Shown: positions 29,511 to 43,650 of the stretch, one piece after another
How the letters are laid out: each line of letters starts with the position of its first letter
Numbering within the stretch: position 1 is the first letter of the stretch
From: Vicugna vicugna
Taxonomy: Eukaryota
DNA length: 64,000 nucleotides
Direction: 5' to 3'
Assembly: GCA_013265495.1 (NCBI GenBank)
Contig: MU058769.1
Coordinates: 706,477-770,476, forward strand
Position numbers and translations under genes: made by a program
The notes under the pieces: model-generated
The model's input: only the letters and a program-made list of their open reading frames with translations
Databases searched by the model: none
What the model was told of the DNA's origin: nothing

Positions 29511-29750
29511 CAGCTGTTCTCAAAGTATGGTCTGTGTACTTCCAAGGATCCCCAGGACCCTTTCTGGGGGTCCATGAGATCAAGGCTGTTTTCATAATAC
29601 ACTAAGATGTTATTTGCCTTTTTTTTCTGAGTTGACATTTGCACTGAGGGTGCAAAATCAATGGTGGGTAAAACTGCTGGCCCCTGAGCACTAATCAAGG
29701 TGATGGAACCAAACTGTGCTAATCATTGTGTTCCTCACTGACACACGCTG
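29511..29750 (+). mobile_element. hAT-Charlie (Charlie1-like) DNA transposon 5' fragment
   Basis: cagctgttctcaaagtatggtc...gggggtccatgagatcaaggctgttttcataatacactaagatgttatttgcc. Confidence 0.65.
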
Positions 29751-30689
29751 CCTTTCCCTTGATGGCTTCTAGTTTTGGGGGAGTGTTGAGTTAGGTTTTT
29801 CCTACTCTAAGGTTTTGAAATAATTTTTTGTATCTTCTTCATGCTTTTAAACAGCTGTTCACATGTGTGCGTGCATGTGCGTGTTTAATCCTCCCGGTAT
29901 ATACTTTCGTGCATGGTATGAAGTAGAGATGTAAGTGAGATTTCATGCTAATCTGCAGATCCATTTGAGGGGAACTAATATATTTGCCATATTTACAGAC
30001 ATAGGCAAATGATTATTATCGTAGAAAGCCAAGTTCTGTAACCAACAATTGTTATAATCAATAACAAAAGAGCTTCATAAAACACCATACTTTGGCAAAT
30101 TAAAGAAATAATTCTTGGTAACTCAAAAGTTAAATAGGGAATGAGTATCTTTTTCTTTTAGTAGGTCTTGTTAACGGTTGAAAAAGAGGTTTTATAGTTA
30201 TCTCTCCAGAGATCTTGTACAATTTCGTTAAGTTTACTATGCACTTTATATTTCTATGTCTTTGTAAATAGCATCTTTTTAGACATTTAATTTTATAACT
30301 TTTTACTGGTATATAGAAATCTGATAGATTTTTTTACACCGATTTTGTGTTTAGTAGCCTCTTTCAAGTCTCATTTAATTTGCTGTGACATAAAATATAA
30401 ACAGCTCCACAAAGCAAATGCACAATTTCACGAGTTCTTCAAAGGTGAAAACCTTTGTAAACACCGTCCAAGTAAAGAAATAGAAGTTTACCAGCTATTA
30501 CGTAATTGCATCCATGTGCCCTGTTCCAATCCTCATTCTCCACTAAAAGTAAACATTATCCTGACTTTTATGCTAATCTCTCTATGGTTTAAGTTTCCAA
30601 ATGTGACTCCCTAGACACTATAGACTGCACATGCTGTACCACTGAGCTATACCCTCCCCGCTTATTTCACTTTTAAATAGGCAAACATT

Positions 30690-32590
30690 GTTAAACAGTT
30701 ACATTGAGATATCATTTACACGCTATAAAATTCATCCTTGATATGTGTACAATTTTACAACTTTTATTTAAGTTATAGTTGTGCAAGCATCACAGCAATC
30801 CAGTTTTAGAACATTAGCATCACCCAGAAAGTCCGCAGTGCCCATTTGCAGGCAATCCCCACTCCCACCCTCAACCCAAGTACCCCTTGATCTGCTTTCT
30901 TTCTCTAAGATTTGTTTTTTCTGGCATTTCATGTAAATGAAATAATAAAATACATGCTCTTTTGCATCTGACTTCTTTCATTTCACAGAATGTTTCTGAG
31001 ATTCATTCATGTTGAAGCATGTGTCAGGAGCCCTTTCCTTTTTAGTGTTGGATGATATTCCATTGTATGGATATATTACACTTTGTTTATCCATTCATCA
31101 GTCAATGGACATCTGAATTGTTTCCAGGCTTCAGCTGTTATGAGTAATGCTGCTATGAACATTCATTTTTAAGTCTCCATCTTGCCCCTCCCGCTTCCCT
31201 CTCCCCACTGGTAACTAACCGCTAGTTCCCTCTCTACATCTGTGAGTCTGTTTCTTTTCTGTTATATTCACTAGTTTGTTTATTTTTTTAGATTCCCACA
31301 TGTAAGTGATATCTTACAGTATTTGTCTTTCTCTGACTTATTTCACTTGGCGTAATGCCCTCCAAGTCCATATATGCTGTACACCAGAAACAAATACAAC
31401 ACTTTAAGTCAACTAGTACTTCATTTTTTATGGCTGAATAATATTCTATGACATGTATATACCATACTTTGTTTATACATTTATCCATTGGTGGACGTTT
31501 GGGTTGTTTCTACCTTTGGGCTATTGTGAATAGTGGTGTATGAACATTCGGGTACAAGTATGTTTTAAGTAGCTGTTTTCAATAATTTGGATATATACCT
31601 AGGAATGGAATTGCCGGGTTATACAGTAATTCTATTTGTAACTTTCTGAAGAACTGCCAAACTATACTTCATAGTGGCTGCAACATTTTACATTCCACCA
31701 GCAATGTATGAGGGTTCCAATTTCTCCACATTCTTTACTTATTTTATTATGTATTTCTTTTTTGTTTTGTATTTAACAGAGGTACTGGGGATTGAACCCA
31801 GAACCTTGTGCATGCTAAGCATGGACTCTACCACTGAGCTATCCCCTCCCCTCAATGTCTTCACATTCTTGCCAACATTTATTTTCTATTCTTACAGGTG
31901 TGATTTTTTTAAAAATTGAGATATAATTGATACATAACATTGTGTAAGCTTAAGGTGTGTAACATGCTGATTTGATGCATTTATATATTGCTCTATGATT
32001 AACACCACAGTGTTAGCTAACACCTCTTATCATGTCAATTATCATTTCTTTTTGTGGTGAAAACAATTAAGATATAGTGTCTTAGCAACTTTAAAGTTTA
32101 TAACATAGTGTTGTTGAATATACGATTTTTCAAATTATAGCCATCCTAGTGTGTGTGAAGTGGTATTTCACGGTGATTTTCATTTGCATGTATTAATCAT
32201 CTTTCATGTACATGTTGGCCGTTTGTATATCTCTTTGGAGTGATGTCTATTCAGATTTTTACCCATTAAAAATTTTGGGCGGGGGTCCCTGTTGTTGAGC
32301 TGCAGGAGTTCTTCATATATTCTGGAGATTAATCTCTTTTCTGATATATAATTTCCAAGTATTTTCTCCCACTCTGTTGGTTATCTTCTCACTTTCTTGA
32401 TAATGCCTTTTGATGCACAAAATCTTTAATTTTAATTAAGGCCACTTTATCTACTTTTTCTCTTTTGTTACTGTGTTTTTGGTGTCATATCTAAGAATTT
32501 ACCAAATCCAAAGTCATGAAGATTGACTCCTGTTTTCTTCTGAGTTTTTCATTTTAGCTCTTATATCTAGGTTGTTGATCCATTTCTTAT
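30690..32590 (-). mobile_element. Nested old L1M 3' fragments (antisense)
   Basis: Several L1 3' UTR/ORF2-end motifs (tatccattcatcagtcaatggacat, tacattccaccagcaatgtatgagggttcc). Confidence 0.7.
31735..31851 (-). mobile_element. tRNA-derived SINE (Vic-1-like)
   Basis: gaggtactggggattgaacccagaaccttgtgcatgctaagcatggactctaccactgagctatcccctcccc. Confidence 0.8.
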
Positions 32591-32816
32591 TCTTTTTTTA
32601 TGGCTACATTTATTCTGTTATATATCTGTACCATCATTTACCTACATAGTTTCCTGTTGACAGACATTTAAGTTATTTTAAATGTTTTATTAAGACAGAA
32701 GTGCTATAGTGAATAATCTTGTACCTATAGAATATATATAGAATAAGTTCCTAGAAATGCACTTGTGTGATTTTGATATGTACTGCCAAATTGCCCTGTG
32801 TTAGTAATTTATTCTC

Positions 32817-33285
32817 TGCGGTGGTTAAATTTTATATGACACCTTGACTGGCCATGGACTACCCAGATATATGGTTGAACATTATTTCTAGATGTGTCTG
32901 TGTCTAGAAGAGATTCACATCTGAATCAGTAGGCTAGGTAAAGCAGATCACCCGCCTCCACAATGTGGATGGGCATCATCCAAAGTGTTGCGGCCCTGAA
33001 TAGAACAAAAAGGTGAATGAAGGGAGAATTTGAGCTCTCTCTGCCTTACCGCTGATGCATGAGTCTTCTCCTTCCATCTGGCTGGGACTTACACCGTTGG
33101 CTCTCCTGGTTCTCAGGCCTTCAAATGTGGACTGAAGCTACACCACTGGCTCGCATGAGCCTCCAACTTGCTGACTGCGGATCAGGGGACTTAGGTTCCC
33201 TGATCACGTAAATGAATTCCTTATAATAAATCTCCATATATATGTATGTTATTCATTCTGTTTCTCAGGAACCCTGGCGAATGCA
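32817..33285 (+). mobile_element. MLT2-type ERVL solo LTR
   Basis: tgcggtggttaaattttatatgacaccttgactggccatgg...ttctgtttctcaggaaccctggcgaatgca. Imperfect 5-bp flanks ttctc/ctctc. Confidence 0.8.
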
Positions 33286-35287
33286 CTCTCCCTCCAGAAA
33301 TGCGTAAGGATGCTGGTTTCCCTACAGCCATGCCAACTCAGTTTACTTTTAAACTTTCGAATTTGGGCCAATCATCAGATGGGCATCAGATAAAGAATGA
33401 TGTCTCAGCTCAGCTTTAATTTGCATTCCTCTTAGGAAAAGATATGTAATTCCATAAGAGCGGCTGTCTTTTCTTCCTCCTTTACTTTTTTCTTTCAACC
33501 ATTCAGTTCTTTACTTGTTTCCTATTGGGGTGTTGGTTTTTTTTCCTCTCTCAGTTTATAAGAGCCCTTCATGTAATATTTTATCTCTTCGTCCGTGATA
33601 GGAGTTGCAACTATGCTTCAGACTTCTTGGTGGGCCGCTTCCTCCCTTTCTCCTTTCCTAGTCATGCGTTTAAAGCTGCCCTCTTCACTCTGAGGGCTGT
33701 GTTGTTTGTGTCTCTCAAGTTTTCATATGAGGTGTTTCCATTTTCATTGTGATTTATACTTTGCTTCAGAACTTATTTAGAATTGCATGTATTATATTTC
33801 TAAACAGATGTATTTTATTTCCGTTGTCTTTGTGTGATTGCTGTTGATGATTTAATTTTGTGGCGTTGTGCTGTGATTGTTTTGGTGATTGTGGAGCCTT
33901 CCTTTGCAGTGAACTGTGAGAAATAGTCTGGGTGTGCACAACAGCGTGGGCTTTCACAAATAATTCAGTTCAAGATTCTAGTTGTGTTGTTCAAATTTTT
34001 CGCTAATTTTTTCTCTAGGTAGCAATTATTGAAAGGGTGCATTAAAATTCTCACTGTGGTGGTGCATTTGGCAATTTTGTTAATTTTTTCCTTTAGAAAT
34101 TTTGAAACTGTGTTGGGGGCATAAAAATTCAGAATTGTGATATCTTCGTGGTAAATTATTCTTCTTATACCTTAATGTTGTGATGATTTTCTCCTAATCA
34201 CATTTTTTCTAAATTATTGTGAAATATGGCACAATACATGAAACTGTATAAAACATACACATGCTATAATAAGGAGTATATATAATAAACTAAGGAATAA
34301 TAATAATAAACCTGATCTAATCACTTCAGGTTATGGAAGATCATGGACAGGACCTTAAAAGCTCCTCCGTGCCCTGCACACCCCGTCCCTGCATCCCCCT
34401 TACCGCAGAGGTAACCGCTGTCTTGACTGTGAGGATAATTGCTCTGCTTTTCTCTAGAGTTTTACCATCTGTGTGTCCATCTTGAAATTTATACAAATGG
34501 CATCATACTATATAAAAACACCCAGAGTAGATACCGAAGTCTTCTGACCCTTGTTTCTTTACTGTGTCAGTGAGATTCATACATGTCAATGGCCATAGCT
34601 GCAGTGCATTCACTTACCTGCCTGTATAGTATTCCTTTGTGTAGTTCATCATCGTTTATTCACTCAAATTACCTTTCATGGACACTTGGATTGTTTCCAT
34701 TTTTTCTGCTATTACCAAAAATTGTTGCCATGAGCAACATTATTTTAAGTACCTCCTAATATTATGTACAAGAACTTCTTCAGGAAGAGTTTCATCCTGG
34801 AGTGCACTGCTGGATATAGGATGTGAAGGTGAGGCCATGTTCATTTTAGTATAATGCCCACTTTATTTGGCACTGCCGATCATTTTCCAAAATTGTACTC
34901 CATGTATGGTGTATAAAAGTTTCTAGTGTTTCATATCCTGGCCAATACTTGGTATTGACAGACTGTTAATTTTTTAAATTAATTTATCGGGTGTTTAATG
35001 GTATCTCATTATGAATTTAATTTGCGTTTCACTGACTCCTAACAATTGATCATATTTCAAGTTTTTATTGATTAGTATGAAACTGATTTAAGCTAATGTA
35101 CTTAATTGATAACTTATTATTAAGCCAACTTTCATATGAAATATAATGGTTTATTTATTTTAACATTAAACCAATTTTGCATTCCTGAAATGAACCCAAT
35201 TTGGTCATTAGGTATTATCCTTGACTATCCTTTTTCTATCTTACTGGATTCAGTTTGTTCATTTGCGTGTGTGTTTGTGTGTGCTAT

Positions 35288-36600
35288 TTTTTAAACTGAG
35301 GTATGACTAACTTATAACACTTTATTAGTTTCAGGTGTACAGTATAACGGTTTGCCATTTGTAAAATAATCACCACAGTAAGTCTAGTTAATGTCTGTCA
35401 CCCCACATAGCTGTGAAACTTTTTCTTTTTTTTTTTTAAATTTTATTGTATTGAGTTATAGTCAGTTTACAACATTGTGTCATGTGAAAGTTTTTCTTGT
35501 GGTGATACCTTTTAAGGTTTATTCTCCTAGCAACTTTCACACTTGCAGTACAGTATTATTAACTGTGGTCACCATGCTGTACATTACATCCCCATGACTT
35601 ACTTATTTCATAACTAGAAGTTTGTACCTTCTGACTCCCGCCCCTCACCCCCCACCTCTGACAGCCACCAATCTGTTCTCTGTATCCATGAACTCAGTTT
35701 CTGCCTTTAATTTTAGACTCCACATGAGTGAGGTCATGCAGTATTTGTCTTTCTCTGCCTGTCTTATGTCACGTAACATAATGCCCTCAAGCTCCATCCA
35801 TGTTGTCATAAATAGCAAGATTTCATTCTCTTTTGTAGCTGAATAATATTCCATTATATATATACACCACATTTTCTTTATCTGTTCATCCATCAGTGGA
35901 CACTTAGGCTGTTTCCATCTCTTGCGTATTGTAAAGAAGACTGCAGTGGACATTGGGGTACATATATCCTTGAATTAGTGTTTTCATTTTCTTCTGATAA
36001 GTACCCAGAAATGAAGTGAATTGCTGGATCATATGGAAACTCTGTTTTCAGAGTTTTGGAGAACCTCCATACTGTTGTCTACAACGGCTGCTCCAGCTTA
36101 CAGTCCTACCAACAGCACACAAAGTTCCCCTTTTCTCCACATCCTCTTCATTTGCTATTTCTTGTCTTTTTGATAATAGTCATGCTAACAGATGTGAGGT
36201 GACATCGCTTTGTGCTTTCGACTGCGTTTTGCTGATGATTAGTGATCAGTACATGATTTTCATGTGCCTGGCTGGGAGCCATGTTTTCTTTGGAAAAATA
36301 CGTATTCGGATCTTCTGCCCATTTTAAAATCAGATGGTATGTGTTTTGCTATTGAGTTATATGAATTCTTTATAGGTTTTGGATATCAAGCCCTTATCAG
36401 ATATATGACTGGCAAACATTTTCTTCCGTTCAGTAGGTTGCCTTTTCATTTTGTTGGTAGTTTCCTTTCCTGTGTGGGAGGTTTTTAGTTTGATGTAGTC
36501 CCACTTGTTTATTTTGCTTTTGTTGCCTTGGTTTGGTGTCACACCCAAAAACTCTTTGCCAAGGCCAATGTCGAGGAGCCCACCACCTATGTTTTCTAAT
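35288..36600 (-). mobile_element. LINE-1 3' portion, antisense
   Basis: ORF2 C-terminal peptides (KINKWDYIKLK, WKQPKCP, MEYYSA) plus 3' UTR. Confidence 0.8.
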
Positions 36601-39600
36601 GTGTTGATTTTTTGAAGGACTCTTGTATATACACACTGCTGAGAGACACTCACCTGCAGTCTTTCCTCTTAGTGCTGTTCCTGTCCTTGTCATGCTCGGG
36701 AGCAAGGGTACACAAGCCTCAAAACACTAGTTCCAAATGGTCTCACTTTTTCTTCTATACTCAGAGGAGCGTGTGAGATTGTAATCTTTTATTCAATTTT
36801 TTATAGAATGCACTTATAAAAGCATCTTGGTCTACGTTTTCTTTGTGGGAAGATTTTTAAACTATAATTCATTTCCTTTAGCAGTTTTAGAAAAATTCCA
36901 AGTTTTCTATTTCTAGTTGGGTCAGTCTTAGTAAGTTATATTTCTTAGAAATTTATCTAGTTTATGTGATTTTTCATATTTATTGTCATAAAATTGTTCA
37001 CGATATCCTTCGATTATCTTTTTAATCTCTGTGGCACCTGTAGTTAGGTTCCTTTTTTCATTATTCATGGATTACTTTTGACTTCCTCTTTTGTTATTGG
37101 CCAATCTCTGCAGAGGTTGATCAGTTTATTATTCTTTTCAAAGAACCAATTTTTGGCTTCTATAGTCTTTTTATTTTCTGGTTTATTAGTTTTCACTTTT
37201 TATTTCCCTTCTACCTTTTGTGGGGGTTAGTTTCCTATTCTTTTTTTCAACTTCTTTTTTAAAAAACTGAGATATAATTGACATGACATATTAGTTTCAG
37301 ATGTATAACAATGATTGGATTAAAAAATTTTATTGAAGTATAGTCAATTTACAAAATTGTGTTAATTTCTGGTATACAGCATAATGTTTCAGTCATACAT
37401 ATACGTACATATATTCTTTTTCATATTCTTTTTCAGTATAGGTTACTACAAGATATTGAATATAGTTCCCTGTGCTATTCAGTAGAAACTTGTTGTTTGG
37501 ATTTTTGTATATATTGCAAAATAGAAGCTTAGCTAACATCCATCACCATACATAGTTATAATTTTTTTCCTTGTGATGAGAACTTCTCAGATCTACTCTC
37601 TTAGCAACTTTCAAATATATAATACAGCATTATTATATATTATTATATTCACCATGCTGTGCATTATATCCCAAGACTTAAATTTATTTAAAAGTTGGAA
37701 TCAACTTCTTAAAACAAATGTTTAGCTCATTCATTCCCAGCTTTTCCTCTTATCTAATTGGTTTATCTCTTATAAATTTCTCACCAAGTGCTACTTGAGT
37801 GTCTCTCATAAGTTTTTTATGGCTATTTTAATTTTCTTATATAATTTTAAAATAAATAATACTTTTCTATGATTCAAAACCCAGAAAGCATAAACAAGTG
37901 TACAGTATAGACACCTCCCAAACTTCTCTCCCAGCTTGCCTCCCATCGTGCCCAGTTCCCATCGTGCCTTCCCCTCCCCCAAGGTAACCTGCTCTTAGCT
38001 CTTCGTGAGCCCTTCCAGCCGTTCTTCGTGCATTTACAAGCAATTAGGACTAGGGGTTCTTATTTCCTGTTCCCTTTACTCACTCGCAAATATAGGCTAT
38101 TAAGTGCAGTGCTCTACAACTTGTTTTATTCCCCTTAATAAAAAGGAATTGTGTTCCCCTCAAAGACTTCTCAAAGGCAATACATGTAGAGCTTCCTCCT
38201 TTGTTTTTATGGTTGCCTATTATTTCATTTAGGAATGTACCATCACTTTGGTGCTATTACTATCCTGATTAAAATTGTTTTCCCACCGATCTCTTGTTAT
38301 TATGAAACATTACTACATTCTACATATGTATATGTGTAAACACATCCATATAAGTATAATTACTGGGCAAAAGGGATGTTTATTTAAAGATTGCATTTTT
38401 ATAACATTTTATTACGGAAAATTCAAAACATACATAAAATTAGAAGTATTATAATGACTCCCTGTGTATCACCTAGCTTCAACAATTATTTCATTTCATT
38501 TAGCCACTGCCCACCTCCTTGCACCACCATCCACCACTCAGATTATGGTGGAGCAAATCCTAGACCTCATCTCATTTTATCCATGTATAAAATGTATTTC
38601 CATATTTATCTGTAAAAGATAAAGACCCTTTAAAAATATAATTATATACCATATCACAATAAAATATTAATAATAATTCTTTAATATAATAAAATATTTA
38701 GTATTTTCAAATTTTCCTGATTCACTCAGCTTTATTTAAATGAGAAAACTATGCTTGGCTTCTTTGACTCACAATCCAAATAAGGCCCATATACTCCACT
38801 AGATTTTTATGGCTCTTTACATCTCCTTGACTCTACAGATAGTCTGGCCACCATTTTTTATTTCCTGCAGTTTATTTGTTAAAGAAACTATGTGTTTACC
38901 TCCTTGTTTTCCATAGTCTGTTTTTGCTGATTGCACCCCCAGGGTGTCTTGTAATGTTTTCCTCAGTCCTCTGTTTTCTGTAAATTGGTAGTTAGATATC
39001 GATCAGACTCAGATTTCCTCTTCTTTTTTGTTGATCTTGCAGGTTTTACTATACCAATATTTTCATTATCAATCAATTGGAAATGTTTTCTAGTTATCAT
39101 TTCTACTTTGAACCAATGGTTCACAAACAGATGACAGAAGAGCACGTGGATGATCACACAGGGTATTTACAGGGCCAGGACTGAAAATGGTGTACAGTAC
39201 TTCACCCACAATTGGACACAACTCAGTCACACAGTGCCACAGCAGAGACTAGGAAGTGTAATTTAGCCGTAGGATCAGGAGGAGAATGAAATGAGTCTGT
39301 GAACACATGATGTGGCTTTTACCAGTGTCTCCCCGTTTTGTCACCAAATATCCATTTTATTTTTACTCACACATGCATAGCACACTCAGCCCCAAGGGAG
39401 AGAACCCAAATTCCCCATTTGGTTCTTGTGTCAAGTTCAAGCCAAAACCTCAGGGGGATTTTAAGTCCTCTTCCTCAGTTCCAGATGTGGCTCTTCTCTG
39501 CCTTGCCCCCTCCCCACCAGACACAGTACAGTGGGCGCCCAATAGCTACAAATAAACACTCACACTCAGAAAAGGTAAGAACGGCAGGAAGACCAGCTGT

Positions 39601-39834
39601 GGTCAATGGCTCTCAGTGATACGGCAGTTGCAGTGAAGTTTCCCGCCGATGTAGACATTGTTGTCTACAGCCTTCATGACCCCTGGATCCAATTTTGGCA
39701 TGGATGGGGGCTTGCTTAGTCTCGGTCCTCCATGATTACATCTCAAGTGGGCTTTCGAGCATATTCCCTACTTGGGGCTACACAAGATTTTTTTTGTATG
39801 TATGTATGTATGCATTTATTTATTTTGTGGTGGG

Positions 39835-40286
39835 TTTTTGTTTTTACTGAAGTATAGTCAGTTTACAATGTGTTAGTTTCTGGTGTACAGCATAGTGGTT
39901 TGGTTGCATGTATATATATATTCGTTTTCATGTTTTTTTAATTATAGGCCATTACAAGGTATTGGTTATGTTCACAGTAGGACCTTGTTGTGTGTCTATT
40001 TTATATATAGTAGTTGTCTGCAAATCTTGAACTACCAGTTTATCCCTCCACTCCCCTCTTTCCCCCAGGGTAACCATAAGTTTGTTTTCTATGTCTGTGA
40101 GTTTATTTCTGATTTATAAATAAGTTCATTTGTGTCTTTTTTTTTAAGATTCCACATATGAGTGATATCATATGGTATTTTTCTTTCTCTTTCTGGCTGA
40201 CTTCACTTAGTATGACAATCTCCAGTTCCATTAATGCTGCTGCAGATAGGATTGTTTTATTCTTTTTTATGGCTGAGTAGTATTCC

Positions 40287-40329
<43 letters not shown>

Positions 40330-40860
40330 ACACATATATACACATACACACATATATGTATATATCTCACAACTTCTTGATCCAGTCTTCTGTTGATGGA
40401 TATTATGGTTGCTTCCATGTCTCGACTATTGTACATAGTGCTGCTATGAACATTGGGGTGCATGGATCTTTTTGAATTACAGATTCCTTCAGATATATAC
40501 CTAGGAGGGGTATTACTGGATCATATGGTAAGTCTACTTTTAGTTTTTTAAGGAATCTCCATACTGTTTTCCATACTAGCTGTACCAAACTACATTCCCA
40601 CCAACAGTGTAGGAGGGTTCCCTTTCTCTCTCCAGCATTTATCATTTGTGGACTTTTGAATGATGGCCATTCTGACTGATGTGTGGTGATACCTCACAGT
40701 AGTTTTGATTTGCATTTTTCTGATAATTAACAATATTGAGCATCTTTTCATGTGCCTATTGGCCATTTGTATGTCTTCATTGGAGAGATGTTTGTTTAGG
40801 TCTTCTGCCCATTTTTTGAATGGGTTGTTTGGTTTTTTCTTCTTGAGTTATATGAGCTAT
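39835..40860 (-). mobile_element. Younger lineage-specific LINE-1 3' end, antisense, containing a (TG)n microsatellite at ~40290-40327
   Basis: Peptides [23 protein letters not shown] and MEYYSAIKKN; 3' UTR of the same family as 47640-48435 and 54651-56763. Confidence 0.85.
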
Positions 40861-41789
40861 TTGGCTCTACAAGTTTTAGAGCCCACTTCCTTTATGTAGA
40901 AATTTGGAAACCCTATGGTAGTTTTACATTTGACAATTTTATCCTTCTTAGTTTTATTTCCCACTATTTTGAGTCTTTAGAGTTTTCTAATACTTTAAGG
41001 TCTAATGTTTCTATACATGTGACTCTCTTAAATATTTATTTGCCAGAAAAGCCAGTTCTCCCCTGAGCTCATCTCTTTTTGTAATGCAGCCAACATTTTC
41101 CAGTGCATACTGGCCATTTGATCTTTTTTCCAGTCCCCTCCCCTTGAGTTCAATAGCATGTAGTATGCTTTCCATATTATTATAAGCATCATTTTTACCA
41201 AGTATTTTGTCATTGTTTACATGATGTTCCAGATAGAGTCTTAGGTCCCTCAGCTCCGCACTTACCCTTTTGGAACATCTTTTCTAATGTCAAGTAGGAA
41301 TACTTCCCTAATCATCTGGTTTCCTGTTAGGTTCTGACAACAGCAAAGGGAGTTCAGTGGTGACAGTGGTAGTGGTGGGATCCTGAGTTCCTGTTCAGGC
41401 AGCTCGGTTTCTACAGCAGCAGCCTCAGTATCCAGCAATGGCAGACTCTAGGTAACAGTTTCCCTTTTTACTCCACTGACCCTAGAGTTAGTGACTTCCT
41501 GCATTTACTAATGATTGAGTAATCTTATCTTCCCCTTTTTTCTACTCCATCACTTGTAACATTTTTGTAAATGATTATCTGTATTAAAATTCCCTATTTG
41601 AAATATTCAGAATTGTCTCTTTTTTCCTTAACAGAACAGTGTTTACTGTCTTCTTTACTAACACAAATGGATTTCCATCCTTTGAGACTCCAGTATAATT
41701 TTCTCAGTGCCTACCACCTGCTATGTCAATGCCTTATATTTTGGGTTTTGTTTCAGGACCACTCCACTTCTGCTATCATAATTCTGAAA

Positions 41790-43650
41790 CCAAAGCTGGA
41801 CCAAAAAACTACAATAAAAGGAAACTACAGAGAAGTATCTTGTATGAACATAATGTAAAAATCCTCAACAAAACACTAGCAAACACAATTCAGAAACATA
41901 TTAAAAAGGATTGTACATGACCCAAGTGGGATTTATTCCTGGAATGCAAGGATGATTCAACCACAAAAACCCATCAGAGTAATACCCGACATTACCAAAT
42001 GAAGGGGAAAGACCCCGTGATCATCTCCATTGCTGCAGAATAAGCATTCGACAGAATTCAACACCCTTCCATGGTAAAACCTCAACAAAGTAAGAACAGA
42101 AGGAAACGTCCTCCACATAGTAAAAGCCATACATGAAAAAACCCACAGCAAACGTCATACTGAATGGTGAAAGACTGAAGGCTTTTCCTCTAAGATCAGG
42201 AACGAGGCAAGGATGCCTGCTTTCAGCATTTCTATTCGACATCGTACTGGAAGTTCTAGCCAGAGAAATTAGGCAATAAAAAGATATAAAAGGCAACCAA
42301 CTTGATAAGGAAGAAGTAAAGTTATCTCTGTAGATGATATGATCTAATATGTAGAAAATCCTAAAGACTCCACAAAAAGAGTTTTAGATCTAATGAATGA
42401 ATTCAGCACAGTAGCAGGATACGAAGAAAATACACAAACATTATTTCTATATATGAACAATGAACAATCTGAAAAAGAAATTGCAAAATCAAGTCCATTT
42501 ACAATAGCATCAAAAGGAATAAAATACTCAGAAATTAACATAACCGAGGAGGTGAAAGACTTGTACAATGAAGACTACAAGACATCACTGAAAGAAATTA
42601 AAGAAGACATAAGTAAGTAAATAGAAATACATCTCACATTCATGAATTAGAAGACAATATTCTTAAAGTGTCAGTAGTATCTAAAGCAGTCTACAGATTC
42701 AGTGCAGTCCCTATCAGAATCCCCATGACATTTTTTGCAGGGATAGAAAAACCTATCCTAAAATTTATGTGGAATCTCAGGGGACCCCAAAGGGTGAAAA
42801 CAATCTTGAAAAAGAATAGCAAAATTGGAAGACTTAATACTTTCTGATTTCAAAAACGTACTACAAAGCTACAGTAATCAAAACAGTGTGGTATTCGAAT
42901 AAAGACTGATATATAGACCAATGGAATAGAAATACACCCTCACAAAGCTGGTCAAACGAGTTTTGACAAGGTTGCCAAGACCATTCAATGGAGAATGGAC
43001 AGTCTTTTCAACTAGTGATGCTGGGGAAACTGCACATCTACATGCAAAAGAATGAAGTTAGACCCTTACCTAACATCCATCATGTACAAAAATTAACTCA
43101 AAATGGATCAAGGACCAACATATAAGACCTAAACCAATAAAAGTATAGGGGAGGAGGAGGGGAGGGTTAGGAGGGAGGAGACAGGGAGGAAGAAGAAGTG
43201 CCAGAGGAGATGGTGCTGCTGGTGAAGGGTGAGGAGGTGAGGGTGAGAAGTATGAGGTGGTGAAACTCAAGCTCCCCATGGACCACAAGGAGGTCCCCAG
43301 TGAGGTTCTAGCGCCATTGCGAAAGCCAAGGGTCCACACTTGGGATGGACTGCAGCTGTGTCTTTGCTGGCCCTCCAAGTGGGAGCTTCTTGGTGAGGTC
43401 AGTGCACAGCAAACATGGGTGAAGGAAAGGGGAAAAAACTCTCATAGAAGGTACAACACAGAGACTGTAAATTGTGGACTTTGGGTAATGACGTGTCAAC
43501 ATAGGTTCATTGATTATAAGGAATGTATCACTCTGGGGTGGGAAGTTGATAAAGGGGAGGCTCTGCATGTGTGAGGGGTTATATGGGAACCCTCTGTACT
43601 TTATTCTCAATTTTTCTGTGAACCTAAAACTGCTGTAAAAAATAAAGTCC
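41790..43650 (+). mobile_element. Old LINE-1 (ORF2 RT region, then an L1MC-like 3' end), interrupted at ~43147-43425
   Basis: aaaatcctcaacaaaacactagcaaac, gatgatatgatc, MNEFSTVAGY. The 3' end gtggactttgggtaatgacgtgtcaacataggttcat...ctaaaactgctgtaaaaaataaag is L1MC-like. Confidence 0.8.
43147..43425 (+). pseudogene. Degenerate processed fragment resembling the 5' CDS of ZNF771
   Basis: Translates, with one frameshift, to EEEEVPEEMVLLVKGEE/GEKYEVVKLKLPMDHKEVPSE, matching my recollection of the ZNF771 N-terminus (EEMVLLVKGEEDEGEEKYEVVKLKIPMDNKEVPGE). A decayed first C2H2 finger follows. Confidence 0.7.

Noticed and set aside
36600..36780. Non-repeat-looking patch with a minus-strand donor-like CAG|GTGAGT at ~36648-36656
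   Set aside because: No supporting acceptor, ORF or recognisable homology.
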